DNA from: Clostridia bacterium
GTDB taxonomy: Bacteria; Bacillota; Clostridia; Oscillospirales; CAG-272
Length of the DNA: 55,623 bases
Direction of reading: 5' to 3'
Assembly: GCA_017452895.1 (NCBI GenBank)
Contig: JAFTLE010000007.1
Span: 1-55,623 of the forward strand
The notes under the pieces: model-generated
Databases searched by the model: none
Told to the model about the DNA's origin: nothing
Seen by the model: the letters and a program-made list of their open reading frames with translations, nothing else
Part shown: one piece after another, positions 29,975 to 39,439 of the stretch
Layout: every line of letters starts with the position of its first letter
How positions within the stretch are numbered: position 1 is the first letter of the stretch
Program-made: the position numbers and the translations under genes

Positions 29975-31936
29975 ATGACAAAGCAAATTCGTTTATCCCT
30001 GATCTTTACCGCCGTCTTCCTCGTTCTGTTTGCGGTCTATCTTGTCGTCGTCAACCCCTTTGCCGAGGAGCAGGAGACTCCCTCGGTCCTCCTTGAGCCT
30101 GAGGAAGGGGAGGGCGCGATGGGTAAAAAGCGTCTGCTCTACGAGAAGCTCGAGCGAGAGCAAATCAAAAAAATCACCTACCACGTGAAAAGCGGCGAGT
30201 ACCAGCTCGTCAGCACGGGCAAAAACTCCTCGGACTTCCATATTGCGATTGACGGCGAGCTGTATGACGGCGACGAGAATCCCGCCCCCGTCTTTGACGA
30301 GTACGGACTTTCCTACGCGATTACGTCGGTCGCCTGTCTTTACGTGCGGGAGCGACTGATTGAGGGCACCGTCACTGACGAGGTTATGGCAAGCTACGGA
30401 CTCACCGCCGAGACCTGCGAGGCGTGGTTTGAGCTGGAGCTGTGGGAGACCGACAAGGACGGCGCGAGCAAGACCCTGCGCGTCTACGTCGGCAAGCCGA
30501 CCGTCAACGGACAGACCTACTACGTCGGACTTGAAGGACGCAACGCGGTCTATATCAACGACGCGGCGTCCTTACAGTACGCACTCTCGGCGCCCGAGAC
30601 CTATCTTGTCTCCCCGACGCTGACCACCCCGACGCCGAGCGGCTCGCAGAGCGCACAGTACCACATCGGCCACTTCGCCATCCTCGGCGGACAGGGCACG
30701 AAAAACGAGCTGCACGATACGGCGGGCTACCGCGTAAAGGAGACCGACGTCGCCTTCGTCAGCTATCGAATCATCCGCGGTGTCAGCGAGCTGTACCACG
30801 GTGTGACGCAGATCGATATGAGTCTTGATGCAAACGGGCAGAGCGATAAATTCGCCCGCCTTCTGCGTCCGTATATCCTCAACGCAGAGATCGGAGAAAC
30901 GATCTCGCAAAAGGACGTCGATATTCCGAAAAACGAGGGCTATCCCTCACTTTTCGCGGGCAGTGCCGTAAAGATCGAGCTGACCGTGGAATACTGCTAT
31001 AATCCCCGCCTTCTGATCAACGTGATCGGTGAGAAGGAGGAGGATATCTTCCACGCCGACGCATCCTACGTATTCACCGCCCCATCAAATCTTTGCAGCT
31101 ACGTCGTCAGCACCCCCGATTTTCAGAACGTGCTTGACAACTTCGCACCGCTGGTTGGTAGCGAGATCGTGAGCATCGGACTCAACGGTATGGTCATCCC
31201 CGACCACACCCATGACGGAAAAGAATGCCGACTCGACCATATGACGCTCCTGTTCGGTATGCCCACCGCCTTCCGCGAGGGCGACGACGGCAACCCCTAC
31301 GTATCGGATTATGCTGAAAATCGTCTGTATATCAGCGAAAAGCATACCGAAAACGGCAAATCCTTCTACTACGTCGGAAGCAGCGTTTACAGCATCATTG
31401 CGAAGGTGGATGCCGCCACCCTCAAATTCCTTGAGGATTGGGAGCTTGACCGCTGGGTCTCCGACTATTTGCAGGGCGTGCATTATTACAACGTCAAGGG
31501 CGCGGACTATAAGGTCAACTTCGACGATTTCAAGGGTGAATTTAACTTCCGTATCACGCGTGAGAACAATGAGGCAAGCACGGGCAACCCCGTCCTCTAC
31601 GTCACCGAAACGCTGTCGGGCGAGCGCGTGAACGCAAGCCAGTTCAATATGCTCAACGCCCTCTTCGTTTACACGAAGCTGAAGGGAACGGCAGACCTCA
31701 CCCTCGACCTCGATTCGATCATGACCGAGGAAAACTGTATGCTGACCTATACGCTCCACCTGATGAACGGTGAGTCGCACGTCTATCGCTTCTACCCCTA
31801 CTCCTCAGGACGCGTGCTTTTGTCGCTCGACGGGGACGCGCAATTCTATCTTTACACCTCAGATTTGAAAACCATAGTTTACAATTTAATTCGTTTGATG
31901 AACGGAGAAACAATTGACACGGGTGTTCGTTATTGA
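29975..31936 (+). CDS. DUF4340-like membrane-anchored protein with internal FKBP-like segment
   Basis: N-terminal TM; YGL..., VYVGKPTVNGQTYYV...NAVY pattern; follows the gldG-like genes. Confidence 0.65.
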   Translation: MTKQIRLSLIFTAVFLVLFAVYLVVVNPFAEEQETPSVLLEPEEGEGAMGKKRLLYEKLEREQIKKITYHVKSGEYQLVSTGKNSSDFHIAIDGELYDGDENPAPVFDEYGLSYAITSVACLYVRERLIEGTVTDEVMASYGLTAETCEAWFELELWETDKDGASKTLRVYVGKPTVNGQTYYVGLEGRNAVYINDAASLQYALSAPETYLVSPTLTTPTPSGSQSAQYHIGHFAILGGQGTKNELHDTAGYRVKETDVAFVSYRIIRGVSELYHGVTQIDMSLDANGQSDKFARLLRPYILNAEIGETISQKDVDIPKNEGYPSLFAGSAVKIELTVEYCYNPRLLINVIGEKEEDIFHADASYVFTAPSNLCSYVVSTPDFQNVLDNFAPLVGSEIVSIGLNGMVIPDHTHDGKECRLDHMTLLFGMPTAFREGDDGNPYVSDYAENRLYISEKHTENGKSFYYVGSSVYSIIAKVDAATLKFLEDWELDRWVSDYLQGVHYYNVKGADYKVNFDDFKGEFNFRITRENNEASTGNPVLYVTETLSGERVNASQFNMLNALFVYTKLKGTADLTLDLDSIMTEENCMLTYTLHLMNGESHVYRFYPYSSGRVLLSLDGDAQFYLYTSDLKTIVYNLIRLMNGETIDTGVRY

Positions 31937-31961
31937 TTTTTCATAAAAAATAAAAAAAGAT

Positions 31962-31989
31962 TTGCTTTTTTCCTAGAATGTGTTATAAT
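31962..31989 (+). promoter_or_regulatory. Sigma-A promoter with A-rich UP region
   Basis: TTGCTT-16 bp-TATAAT with extended -10 TG; upstream A tracts. Confidence 0.65.
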
Positions 31990-32043
31990 AATATGTAACG
32001 TAAATCCAAAAACAAACAGCAAAACAAAAAAGGAACGAAAACC

Positions 32044-33798
32044 ATGAAAAGAAAACTCATCTCCTTGCTCGCACTCGTGCTTCTATTGACCGCAGTGCTT
32101 GCATCCTGCGGCACGTTTAACTTTGAAAAGAAGGATATGCAAAAGTACCTGAAGGACTTTACCGTTGATACGGTAAACGGCATCAAGGTAGAGGCGACCC
32201 TGCCCGACTACAAAAAGATCGTCACCGATGCCGTCGATGCTGAAATCGCGGCAACCCTTCTGAAGAATAAGTTTATCCGTGACGAGCTGGCAGACACAGA
32301 CGGCTGGACGGCAGACGCAACGCTTGAGGAGGGCGACGGTGCGCATATGTACTACATCGCCGTCAAGGCAAGCGGATCGAAGGATAACAACTTCTACTAT
32401 GACCGCGCAAACGGCAAGTTCGTGCTTCCTCAGATCGAGGAAGAGAAGAAGGATGACGCAAAGGCGGGCGAATCCTCGTCCTCGTCTTCCTCCTCGTCCA
32501 CCGAGACCTCAACGAAGAAGCCCGCGAGCTTTATCCTCGGCGAGAACAAGTTTAGTGCAAATCTTGAGTCTGAGCTGATTAAGAATCCCGTAAAGCCGGG
32601 CGACACGCTCTTTGTCGACGTGTCCGCAAATAGCGCAGAACCCGTCCGCATCACCTCCGCGCACACGATCTACGTCACCTACTCCGCCGTCTATAAGGAC
32701 GTTATGGACGGTGAGAATCCGAAGCAGTATGCCGCAACCGCGACCTCGCGCCTGAACCTCGCGAGCAAAGAGGACTACACCGATATGGACGACGACCTCG
32801 AGACCTTCCTACGCGGCGCGATGGCAGAGACCTCTGAGCGCGTGATCATGGAGGGCACCGAGTATACGGAAGACCTCACGATCAAGCCGAAGAAGGATAG
32901 CGAGGAGACCGTCGTTATCACCTTCACCTATAAGGTCGAATACGTCACCGAGGAGAAGACGGTGAGCTACACCGTCGATGAAAAGAAGAGCACCACCTCG
33001 ACCGCAACCGAGAAGGTGACCTATTACTGCATCATCGCACAGGTACAGGACTACACGATTCCCGAGCTGAACGAGGATACGGTTAAGAACATCCTGAAGT
33101 TCAAGACCGACAAAACGGGTGAGGAGGCTGTGAAGGCTTACCGCGACTCCGTGACCGTTCCCTACGAGGAAAAGTTCGAGGAGGCAAAGAAGAGCAACGC
33201 AAACGACGCGCTCTGGAAGGCACTCGGCGCCAAGATCGAGGTAAAGAAATATCCGAAGTCCTACATCAACGGCTACGTTGACGAGATGATCAACAACGCG
33301 AAGTACTATTACTACAACGCAGGCTACACGGTCACCACCTCGGCAGGTAAGAACGTGACCTACACGGCAGAGCAGCTGCAGGCACAGTATCCCGAGTTCG
33401 TTGCATTCCTGCGCGTTATGCTCGGCAACAAGACCGCAGCACAGATTCCCGATATGAAGGCGGCAAAGGAATACCTCAAGACCGAGGCGCAGGGCGTTTG
33501 TAAGGATCTGATGATCCTCTACGGCTTGGCAGACCTCGCGGGCGTATCGATTGACCGCGCGACGGACGAGGAATTCAAGAAGCTCTGCAAGGACAGCGGC
33601 GTCAACAGCTACTACACCAGCGCACAACAGTTTGAGGAGCTTGGACTGTCCGACTACGCAGACAACTTCTACGAAACGGCAAAGCAGCTGGAGGAGCAGT
33701 GCTACGAGCAGCTTCTTTACTCGCGCTCTCTTGGCAAGTTCTACGACACCAAGCTAAAGAACGAAACGCTGACCTTCAAGGAAGCAACGAGCAAATAA
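32044..33798 (+). CDS. Trigger-factor-like lipoprotein (paralog 1)
   Basis: Lipobox VLASC; FKBP-like ASFILGENKFSANLESEL; PELNEDTV; TF C-domain-like ALWKALGAKIEVKKYPKSYI and AQGVCKDLMILYGLADLAGV. Confidence 0.7.
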   Translation: MKRKLISLLALVLLLTAVLASCGTFNFEKKDMQKYLKDFTVDTVNGIKVEATLPDYKKIVTDAVDAEIAATLLKNKFIRDELADTDGWTADATLEEGDGAHMYYIAVKASGSKDNNFYYDRANGKFVLPQIEEEKKDDAKAGESSSSSSSSSTETSTKKPASFILGENKFSANLESELIKNPVKPGDTLFVDVSANSAEPVRITSAHTIYVTYSAVYKDVMDGENPKQYAATATSRLNLASKEDYTDMDDDLETFLRGAMAETSERVIMEGTEYTEDLTIKPKKDSEETVVITFTYKVEYVTEEKTVSYTVDEKKSTTSTATEKVTYYCIIAQVQDYTIPELNEDTVKNILKFKTDKTGEEAVKAYRDSVTVPYEEKFEEAKKSNANDALWKALGAKIEVKKYPKSYINGYVDEMINNAKYYYYNAGYTVTTSAGKNVTYTAEQLQAQYPEFVAFLRVMLGNKTAAQIPDMKAAKEYLKTEAQGVCKDLMILYGLADLAGVSIDRATDEEFKKLCKDSGVNSYYTSAQQFEELGLSDYADNFYETAKQLEEQCYEQLLYSRSLGKFYDTKLKNETLTFKEATSK

Positions 33799-33803
33799 AA
33801 TAT

Positions 33804-33833
33804 AAAAAGCGGGGGAGCACTCCCTCGCTTTTT
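33804..33833 (+). terminator. Intrinsic terminator
   Basis: AAAAAGCGGGGGAG-CA-CTCCCTCGCTTTTT. Confidence 0.7.
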
Positions 33834-33846
33834 GAGCAAAAGGCGT

Positions 33847-34302
33847 ATGAAGAAAATTGAGATCTACACCGACGGCGCATGCCGCGGTAACCCCGGCCCC
33901 GGCGGCTGGGGCGCAATTCTGGTGTACGGCAAATTCGAGCGTGAGCTTTCGGGCGGGGAAGAACAGACCACCAACAACCGCATGGAGCTGACGGCGGCGA
34001 TCGCAGGGCTCTCCGCCCTGAAGGAGCCGTGTGAGGTCACGCTGTACTCGGATTCCAAATATTTAGTAGATGCGATCAATCTCGGCTGGGCGGCGGCGTG
34101 GCGCGCGCGGGGATGGCGCCGAAGTGCGAAGGAGGAGGCAAAGAATCCCGATCTTTGGGAGACGCTCTTCTCGCTTCTAGAAACCCACACCGTGACCTTT
34201 GAATGGGTGCGCGGGCACAATGGGCACGATTACAATGAACGGTGTGACCGTCTGGCAACTGCCGCGGCGGATTCCTACCGCATACAAGGAGATCAGATAT
34301 GA
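33847..34302 (+). CDS. rnhA: Ribonuclease HI
   Basis: [46 protein letters not shown]. Confidence 0.97.
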   Translation: MKKIEIYTDGACRGNPGPGGWGAILVYGKFERELSGGEEQTTNNRMELTAAIAGLSALKEPCEVTLYSDSKYLVDAINLGWAAAWRARGWRRSAKEEAKNPDLWETLFSLLETHTVTFEWVRGHNGHDYNERCDRLATAAADSYRIQGDQI

Positions 34303-36017
34303 AAAAAACGATTGCCCTGCTTTTGGCGGCGCTTATGCTTTTCTCGTCGCTTTTTGCATTCGCAGGCTGCGGCGATGATGAAAACACCCCCGCCGCCTCC
34401 ACAACGCCGAGCTACCAGTACATAGAAAAGGCGTTCGACTACCTCGGCACCGATCTTTCCCCCTATATCACGATCACCGCAGATCAGTACAAGGGGCTCG
34501 TCCTCGCGCTGATTGGCTATAAGACCGAGATCACCGAGGAGGAGATCGCCGAGTATTACGAGGACCACCTCCGTTATCTCTACAAGGATGCCGTAAACGA
34601 GGAAAAGAAGGAATACCTGAAGCCCGTCGGCAACACCGACGAGCTGGTGATCAGCTACTACACGAAGGCATACGACAACACGACCGAGGTCAAGATCCTC
34701 TCCTCCAACGGCTACGCTCTCGTGCTCGGCGCGAAGGGCTTCTGGGACGAGACGATCGAGGAATCGCTCGTCGGACTCATCCCCGCCACCTCGGTTGAGG
34801 GCGCGGATACCCTGTCGGTCAAGGACAATCTTGTGCTTGTCGATTACACCGTCAAATATCTCTACGATAAGGACGGCGACGGCACCGACGAGGAGCATAT
34901 TTATAAGGAAGGCACGGGTGAGGCTGTCGATCTTGGCATTGACACGGGCGATATTGCAACCTATTATCAGAAATTTCTCGGCAAAAAGCGCACCGACACC
35001 GTCAGCTTTGAGATCGCTGACAAGGAGATCGTCGTTGTTGAGAAGGCAGACGGCGTTGACGAGAAAAAGGCAAAGGTCACCTTGAACGTCGAGGCGACCG
35101 TTACCGACATTCTCACGCAGAACGTTCACCCGATCACCGTGACCCTGCCCGACGACTTCGTGCCCGAGGAGGACGAGGCATACGGCACCTACTACTACCT
35201 CAACGGTCACGAGATCACGGTCTATGTCACCATCGAGTCCTTCGTCGACTACGAGCTGGCAGAGGAGACCATCGACTTCATTCTCAATGAGGGTAAGTGC
35301 GAATTCGTTCCCGAGGGCTACACTGAAGCGGACTACGAAACCTATTACGCCAAGTACAAGGATATGGAAAACGGCTTTGCGGTGCTGAAGGCAGAGTTCC
35401 TTGAATCGATCGGGGAATACCTCTTCGAGGAAAACGAGCAGGCGACGATTGACCAAAACTACCAGACCATCTGGAACGCCGTCCTTGATAAGGTAACGGT
35501 TAAAAAGTACCCCGAGGAGGCGTTCAACTACCACTTCCAGAACTTCTTCGCATCCCTGCGTGAATATTACGACTACGTCGGCGCGGTGCACGAGGGGTAT
35601 ACCTTCGAGACCTTCACCGTCGAGATGATAAACACACAGTATGGCACCAAGCTCAAGACCTTCGCCGAGGTTCAGGACTACGTCAAGAAGATGTGCGAGG
35701 GCTGGGTGAAGGAGGAGCTTGTCCGCTACGCGATCCATAAGGCGGAGAAGATCGAGCTCTCCGATGAGGAATTCGAGGAGGGCTATCAGGAGATGCTCAA
35801 GCAGGAGCTTGAGTATATCCAGATGAACTACTACTACGGCTACAGCCAGCTCTGGTTCAACACCATCGAGGAGCTGGAGGAATACTACGATAAGAACTAC
35901 GGCGAGGGCGAATTTGCAAAGAGCGCGCGCGACACGCTTCTTTATGAAAAGCTCATTCGGATCGTTTACGATTCCGCTGAAAAGACCGTAAAGGAAGAGG
36001 AAGACTCCAAGTCCTGA
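34299..36017 (+). CDS. Trigger-factor-like lipoprotein (paralog 2)
   Basis: Lipobox FAGC; EITEEEI; FKBP-like [19 protein letters not shown] and ITVTLPDDF...[12 protein letters not shown]; TF C-like [17 protein letters not shown] and [19 protein letters not shown]. Confidence 0.75.
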   Translation: MKKTIALLLAALMLFSSLFAFAGCGDDENTPAASTTPSYQYIEKAFDYLGTDLSPYITITADQYKGLVLALIGYKTEITEEEIAEYYEDHLRYLYKDAVNEEKKEYLKPVGNTDELVISYYTKAYDNTTEVKILSSNGYALVLGAKGFWDETIEESLVGLIPATSVEGADTLSVKDNLVLVDYTVKYLYDKDGDGTDEEHIYKEGTGEAVDLGIDTGDIATYYQKFLGKKRTDTVSFEIADKEIVVVEKADGVDEKKAKVTLNVEATVTDILTQNVHPITVTLPDDFVPEEDEAYGTYYYLNGHEITVYVTIESFVDYELAEETIDFILNEGKCEFVPEGYTEADYETYYAKYKDMENGFAVLKAEFLESIGEYLFEENEQATIDQNYQTIWNAVLDKVTVKKYPEEAFNYHFQNFFASLREYYDYVGAVHEGYTFETFTVEMINTQYGTKLKTFAEVQDYVKKMCEGWVKEELVRYAIHKAEKIELSDEEFEEGYQEMLKQELEYIQMNYYYGYSQLWFNTIEELEEYYDKNYGEGEFAKSARDTLLYEKLIRIVYDSAEKTVKEEEDSKS

Positions 36018-36134
36018 CCGTAGGGGAAGCAATGCGGACCACCCTTCATATGCTGACCGAAACCGGCGCGTTTATTACAACTTCCGCGCTACGTCGCGAA
36101 GGATGGAACGCAAACGCTTCTAATCTGAAAAACA

Positions 36135-36170
36135 AAAAGGGCTTTCTCCTTGCAAGGAGAAAGCCCTTTT
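36135..36170. terminator. Bidirectional intrinsic terminator
   Basis: Perfect palindrome AAAAGGGCTTTCTCCTTGCAAGGAGAAAGCCCTTTT. Confidence 0.85.
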
Positions 36171-36186
36171 CGTTATTAGGATAAGA

Positions 36187-37911
36187 TCAAATTCTGTTTT
36201 CCGTCTTCAATTGCAACAGCTTGCGCTCGCGCAAAAAGCCGCTCTTGAAATGTGAACGAAGTCCCGTGTAGCCCGATTCCGCCGCCTTCGTATACCAGCG
36301 GTTAGCCTTGGCTCTGTCCTCGGGAAGTCCCTCGCCAAACTCGAAGTGACAGCCGAGAATATACTGCGCACGCGCCGAGCCCATCTGTGCCGCCGTGACG
36401 CGCATACGGATCGCCTCCTCCACCTCGCCGCGGTGATAAACGGCGGTCGATTGTGAGTAGATGCGTTGCGCTTCCTTTCTTTTCTTGCGTGCCGCCATAT
36501 CGACAAGCATCGCGTCAGCGGCAGTGTGTCCGTGCTCCTTCGCGTAAAGCAGACACTCCTTCGCCTTCTTATAATCGTAGGGAACACCCTGCCCCTTCAG
36601 ATAGCAAATACCAAGGTTCATCATCGCGGCAGAGCTTCCGTTTTCAGCACCCATACGGTAGTAGGCGACCGCGCGGCGATAGTCCTTATCACAGCCGATG
36701 CCTGTCTGATAGCAGTAGCCGAGGTTGCAGGCGGCACCCGCGTGCCCAAGCTCTGCGGCAACCGTATAAAGACGCACGGCACTCGTGTAGTCCTTCGCCT
36801 CGTAACGCTCCACGGCGCGGTTGAAGGTCTCAGTCAGCTTTGCCGAAATCTCGTGCAGGCGGTTTGCCGCCTTCGCGTGACCCGCAAGGGCCGATTTCTT
36901 GTACCAGCTGATCGCAAGCGGAAGATTTGAGGGCGCAATCTCCCCCTCCATATAAAGGTTTGCAAGCAAATACTGCGCCGTAGAATCGCCAAGCTCCGCC
37001 GCCCTCTGGTAAAGCGCAAGCGCGCGCGCGGGATCCTTTTCGATTCCCATTCCCTGTCGGTAGCAGTTGGCAAGGTTTAAGATTGCGGGCGGATAGCCGC
37101 CCTTTGCCGCCTTGGTGTACCAGATCACCGCGTCGGTCTCGCTTGAGGGCATACCGATCCCGCGCTCACAGCAGGATGCGTAAAAGTTCTGCGCGGGTGC
37201 GTAGCCGATCTCTGCCGCGCGTAGGAAAATGGCGGCGGCAAGCGTGTTTTCCTTTTGCTTCAGCGCAAGCTGCCCCAGCTCGTAATACTCGGCGGGGAGC
37301 GACGGTACGCTGATCAGCGGCGGCTCCTTTGCCGTAACGTCGGAAAGACGGCGCAAAATCAGCTTGTCGGTCAGGCGCAGACTCGGCACCTTATCAAGAT
37401 AGAAGCGGGCAAACTGCTCGTTTTTCATCACGACCTGTCCGTCGCTATACAGATGCGTCAGGCGCAGTGCCGCCGCTTCGCATCCGTTTTTCGCGCTTTC
37501 GGTCAACCAATAAAGCACGTGCTTCGGCGAGGATTTGACTCGCCCCGTCGTCATATACATCTCGCCCAGCTGATGCTGTGCCTCTGCATCGCCAAACAGT
37601 GCGGCAACGCGAAGCCAGAAGAAGGCAAGCGCGGGATCGCCGCACTCTCTGTCATGCTCGTATACACGGAACAAACGGTAGGCGGCAGGCGCATAGCAGG
37701 TGCGCGCCGATTGCTTGTAGCATTTGATCGCCTCAGGCATGCTTCGGCGGCAAGCGCGGTTTCCGCTCTCATAGATCTCGCCAAGGCGCAGTGCGGCGGC
37801 GGCGTGCCCCGCGGCGGCAGCGGCGGTCAAAAGATCAAACGCCTCCACCCATTGCTTGTTTTTTTCGGCGTCAAGCGCCGCCGTATATTTACTTTGAACG
37901 TCAGGATTCAT
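36187..37911 (-). CDS. Sel1-like repeat protein
   Basis: Many A..G...A..NLG.CY..G.G...D...A..WY..AA repeats; GGAGG RBS before ATG 37911; no signal peptide. Confidence 0.9.
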   Translation of the reverse strand: MNPDVQSKYTAALDAEKNKQWVEAFDLLTAAAAAGHAAAALRLGEIYESGNRACRRSMPEAIKCYKQSARTCYAPAAYRLFRVYEHDRECGDPALAFFWLRVAALFGDAEAQHQLGEMYMTTGRVKSSPKHVLYWLTESAKNGCEAAALRLTHLYSDGQVVMKNEQFARFYLDKVPSLRLTDKLILRRLSDVTAKEPPLISVPSLPAEYYELGQLALKQKENTLAAAIFLRAAEIGYAPAQNFYASCCERGIGMPSSETDAVIWYTKAAKGGYPPAILNLANCYRQGMGIEKDPARALALYQRAAELGDSTAQYLLANLYMEGEIAPSNLPLAISWYKKSALAGHAKAANRLHEISAKLTETFNRAVERYEAKDYTSAVRLYTVAAELGHAGAACNLGYCYQTGIGCDKDYRRAVAYYRMGAENGSSAAMMNLGICYLKGQGVPYDYKKAKECLLYAKEHGHTAADAMLVDMAARKKRKEAQRIYSQSTAVYHRGEVEEAIRMRVTAAQMGSARAQYILGCHFEFGEGLPEDRAKANRWYTKAAESGYTGLRSHFKSGFLRERKLLQLKTENRI

Positions 37912-38099
37912 AAGGGACACCTCCGATCGGGACCTAACGGTATTTGCATTTTTCTTACACTCCTATTGTACCATAAAAACGTCGGTAGTGCAAGCCCCGA
38001 CGGAAAAGTCACAAAAATTTCTTTACATAAGCACGCCGCCACGGCAAACAATAAAAACGAAGCACCGCGTGCGGTGTAAAGAGTGAAGGGGGAACGAAA

Positions 38100-38366
38100 A
38101 TGTTTTGCAAAAAAGCACAGCCCACAGCGTGGGAATGTCTGTGGCGCGGGATGACGGCGGTGTTTGCCGTGATCGGCTTTCTCGGAACGCTTGCTTTTCT
38201 CAAAAAGAAGGGTAAGAAGCTCACGAAAAAAATGGAAAAGGTCGGTTGCGACTGCATCGAGGCGTGCGAGGACCTCTGTGAGGATATGTGCGACTGTATG
38301 TCCGATAGCGACGGCAACGAATCGACCAAAAATGGAAAACAAAGCGACAAAACCGCGAAGCAATAA
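38100..38366 (+). CDS. Small protein with TM helix and Cys/Asp-rich segment
   Basis: AAGGGGG RBS; hydrophobic helix, Lys-rich run, GCDCIEACEDLCEDMCDCM; followed by a terminator. Confidence 0.65.
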   Translation: MFCKKAQPTAWECLWRGMTAVFAVIGFLGTLAFLKKKGKKLTKKMEKVGCDCIEACEDLCEDMCDCMSDSDGNESTKNGKQSDKTAKQ

Positions 38367-38374
38367 GGGAAAAA

Positions 38375-38412
38375 GAGGCTTTTGTAAATGAAAGTTTACA
38401 AAAGCCCTATTT
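38375..38412. terminator. Terminator between convergent genes
   Basis: GGCTTTTGTAAA-loop-TTTACAAAAGCC. Confidence 0.7.
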
Positions 38413-38423
38413 TTTAAAAAGCC

Positions 38424-39236
38424 TTATGAACGGCGGCGCTTCATATGCCCCACGACCTTGCCGCAGCAAAGGAAGTCCTGAAAACGGCAAAGCGGAATGT
38501 CGGGGTATTCGGGATTCAGCGAATGGAGTCGGTCTCCCATAAAACGCTTGAAGTAACCCTCGCCGTCCCCGACGAATACGCCGAGATCGCCAAAGTTCAC
38601 GCTCTGCTGGCTGTGGATCAGAAGCACGTCGCCGTCGTTGAAGCTCGGCTCCATGCTGTGCCCCGATACGCGCAGGGCATAATCCGCAAGATCGGTGTTG
38701 CGGGTGCTGGGCACTTGAATATACTCGTGCTCGCCGCTCCCCTCAAGGACCGTGCCGAGTCCCGCGGATACGGGCAACAGAAAGATCGGCAGGGTGCGCA
38801 TACCGCTGCTGCACCGCTTGACGGGCTTTTCAAGGACGGTCGCCGTGGGTGCTTCCTCCTTCGCTCTTTGTTCCTCTGCCGAAAGCACCTGCAGCTCGGT
38901 AAAGGGAATGCTTCTTCCCGCCTCAGCGCCCTTCGCCAGGATCAATTGCACCATCTCACGCGTTGCGTCGTCGCAGATGCGGAAGCTTGCAAGCAGCTCG
39001 CTTTCGGTCTCGGTCAGCGTCTCTGCAATAAAGCTGTCCTCACAGCAGGCAAGAAAGCCAAGCGGACATTCGAGCGCGTGCGCAATGGCAAGCGCGGTCG
39101 AAAGCTTCGGCTCGGTGATCGCGCCCGAAAGCAGCTTCGTCAGCGTGCCAAGCGGAATGCCGGAGCGCTCGCTCAGCTCCGCGGAGGTCAGGCTCTTTTC
39201 ATTCTTCACTTGTTTGACTCGTTCGGAAAACGTCAT
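38424..39236 (-). CDS. LexA/CI-like repressor (XRE HTH plus S24 peptidase)
   Basis: N-terminal HTH; VSAG cleavage site; LRVSGHSMEP catalytic Ser; YFKR catalytic Lys; SLNPEY. Confidence 0.88.
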   Translation of the reverse strand: MTFSERVKQVKNEKSLTSAELSERSGIPLGTLTKLLSGAITEPKLSTALAIAHALECPLGFLACCEDSFIAETLTETESELLASFRICDDATREMVQLILAKGAEAGRSIPFTELQVLSAEEQRAKEEAPTATVLEKPVKRCSSGMRTLPIFLLPVSAGLGTVLEGSGEHEYIQVPSTRNTDLADYALRVSGHSMEPSFNDGDVLLIHSQQSVNFGDLGVFVGDGEGYFKRFMGDRLHSLNPEYPDIPLCRFQDFLCCGKVVGHMKRRRS

Positions 39237-39380
39237 GATCTACGCTCCTTTTTATTTTGTGAGGATAGCATACCATAGATTCCTGCCATTTGTCAAGCAT
39301 TTTTGGAAAAATTTTTTCAAAAAACATCCAAAAATGGAAAAATAGAAGCTAAAAAATCTTCTTTGCAAAGCATTCTTTAC

Positions 39381-39409
39381 ATCACAAGAGGAAAAACACG
39401 GCATATACT
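39381..39409 (+). promoter_or_regulatory. Putative sigma-K promoter of dpaAB
   Basis: ATCAC-N16-CATATACT matches the sigma-K consensus; spoVF is sigma-K dependent in Bacillus. Confidence 0.65.
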
Positions 39410-39439
39410 GAAAGCGAACTGCCCTTACTTGGAGATCGT

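Noticed and set aside
34293-36032. 579-aa antisense ORF
   Set aside because: Mirror of the real lipoprotein gene caused by codon bias; no recognisable motifs.
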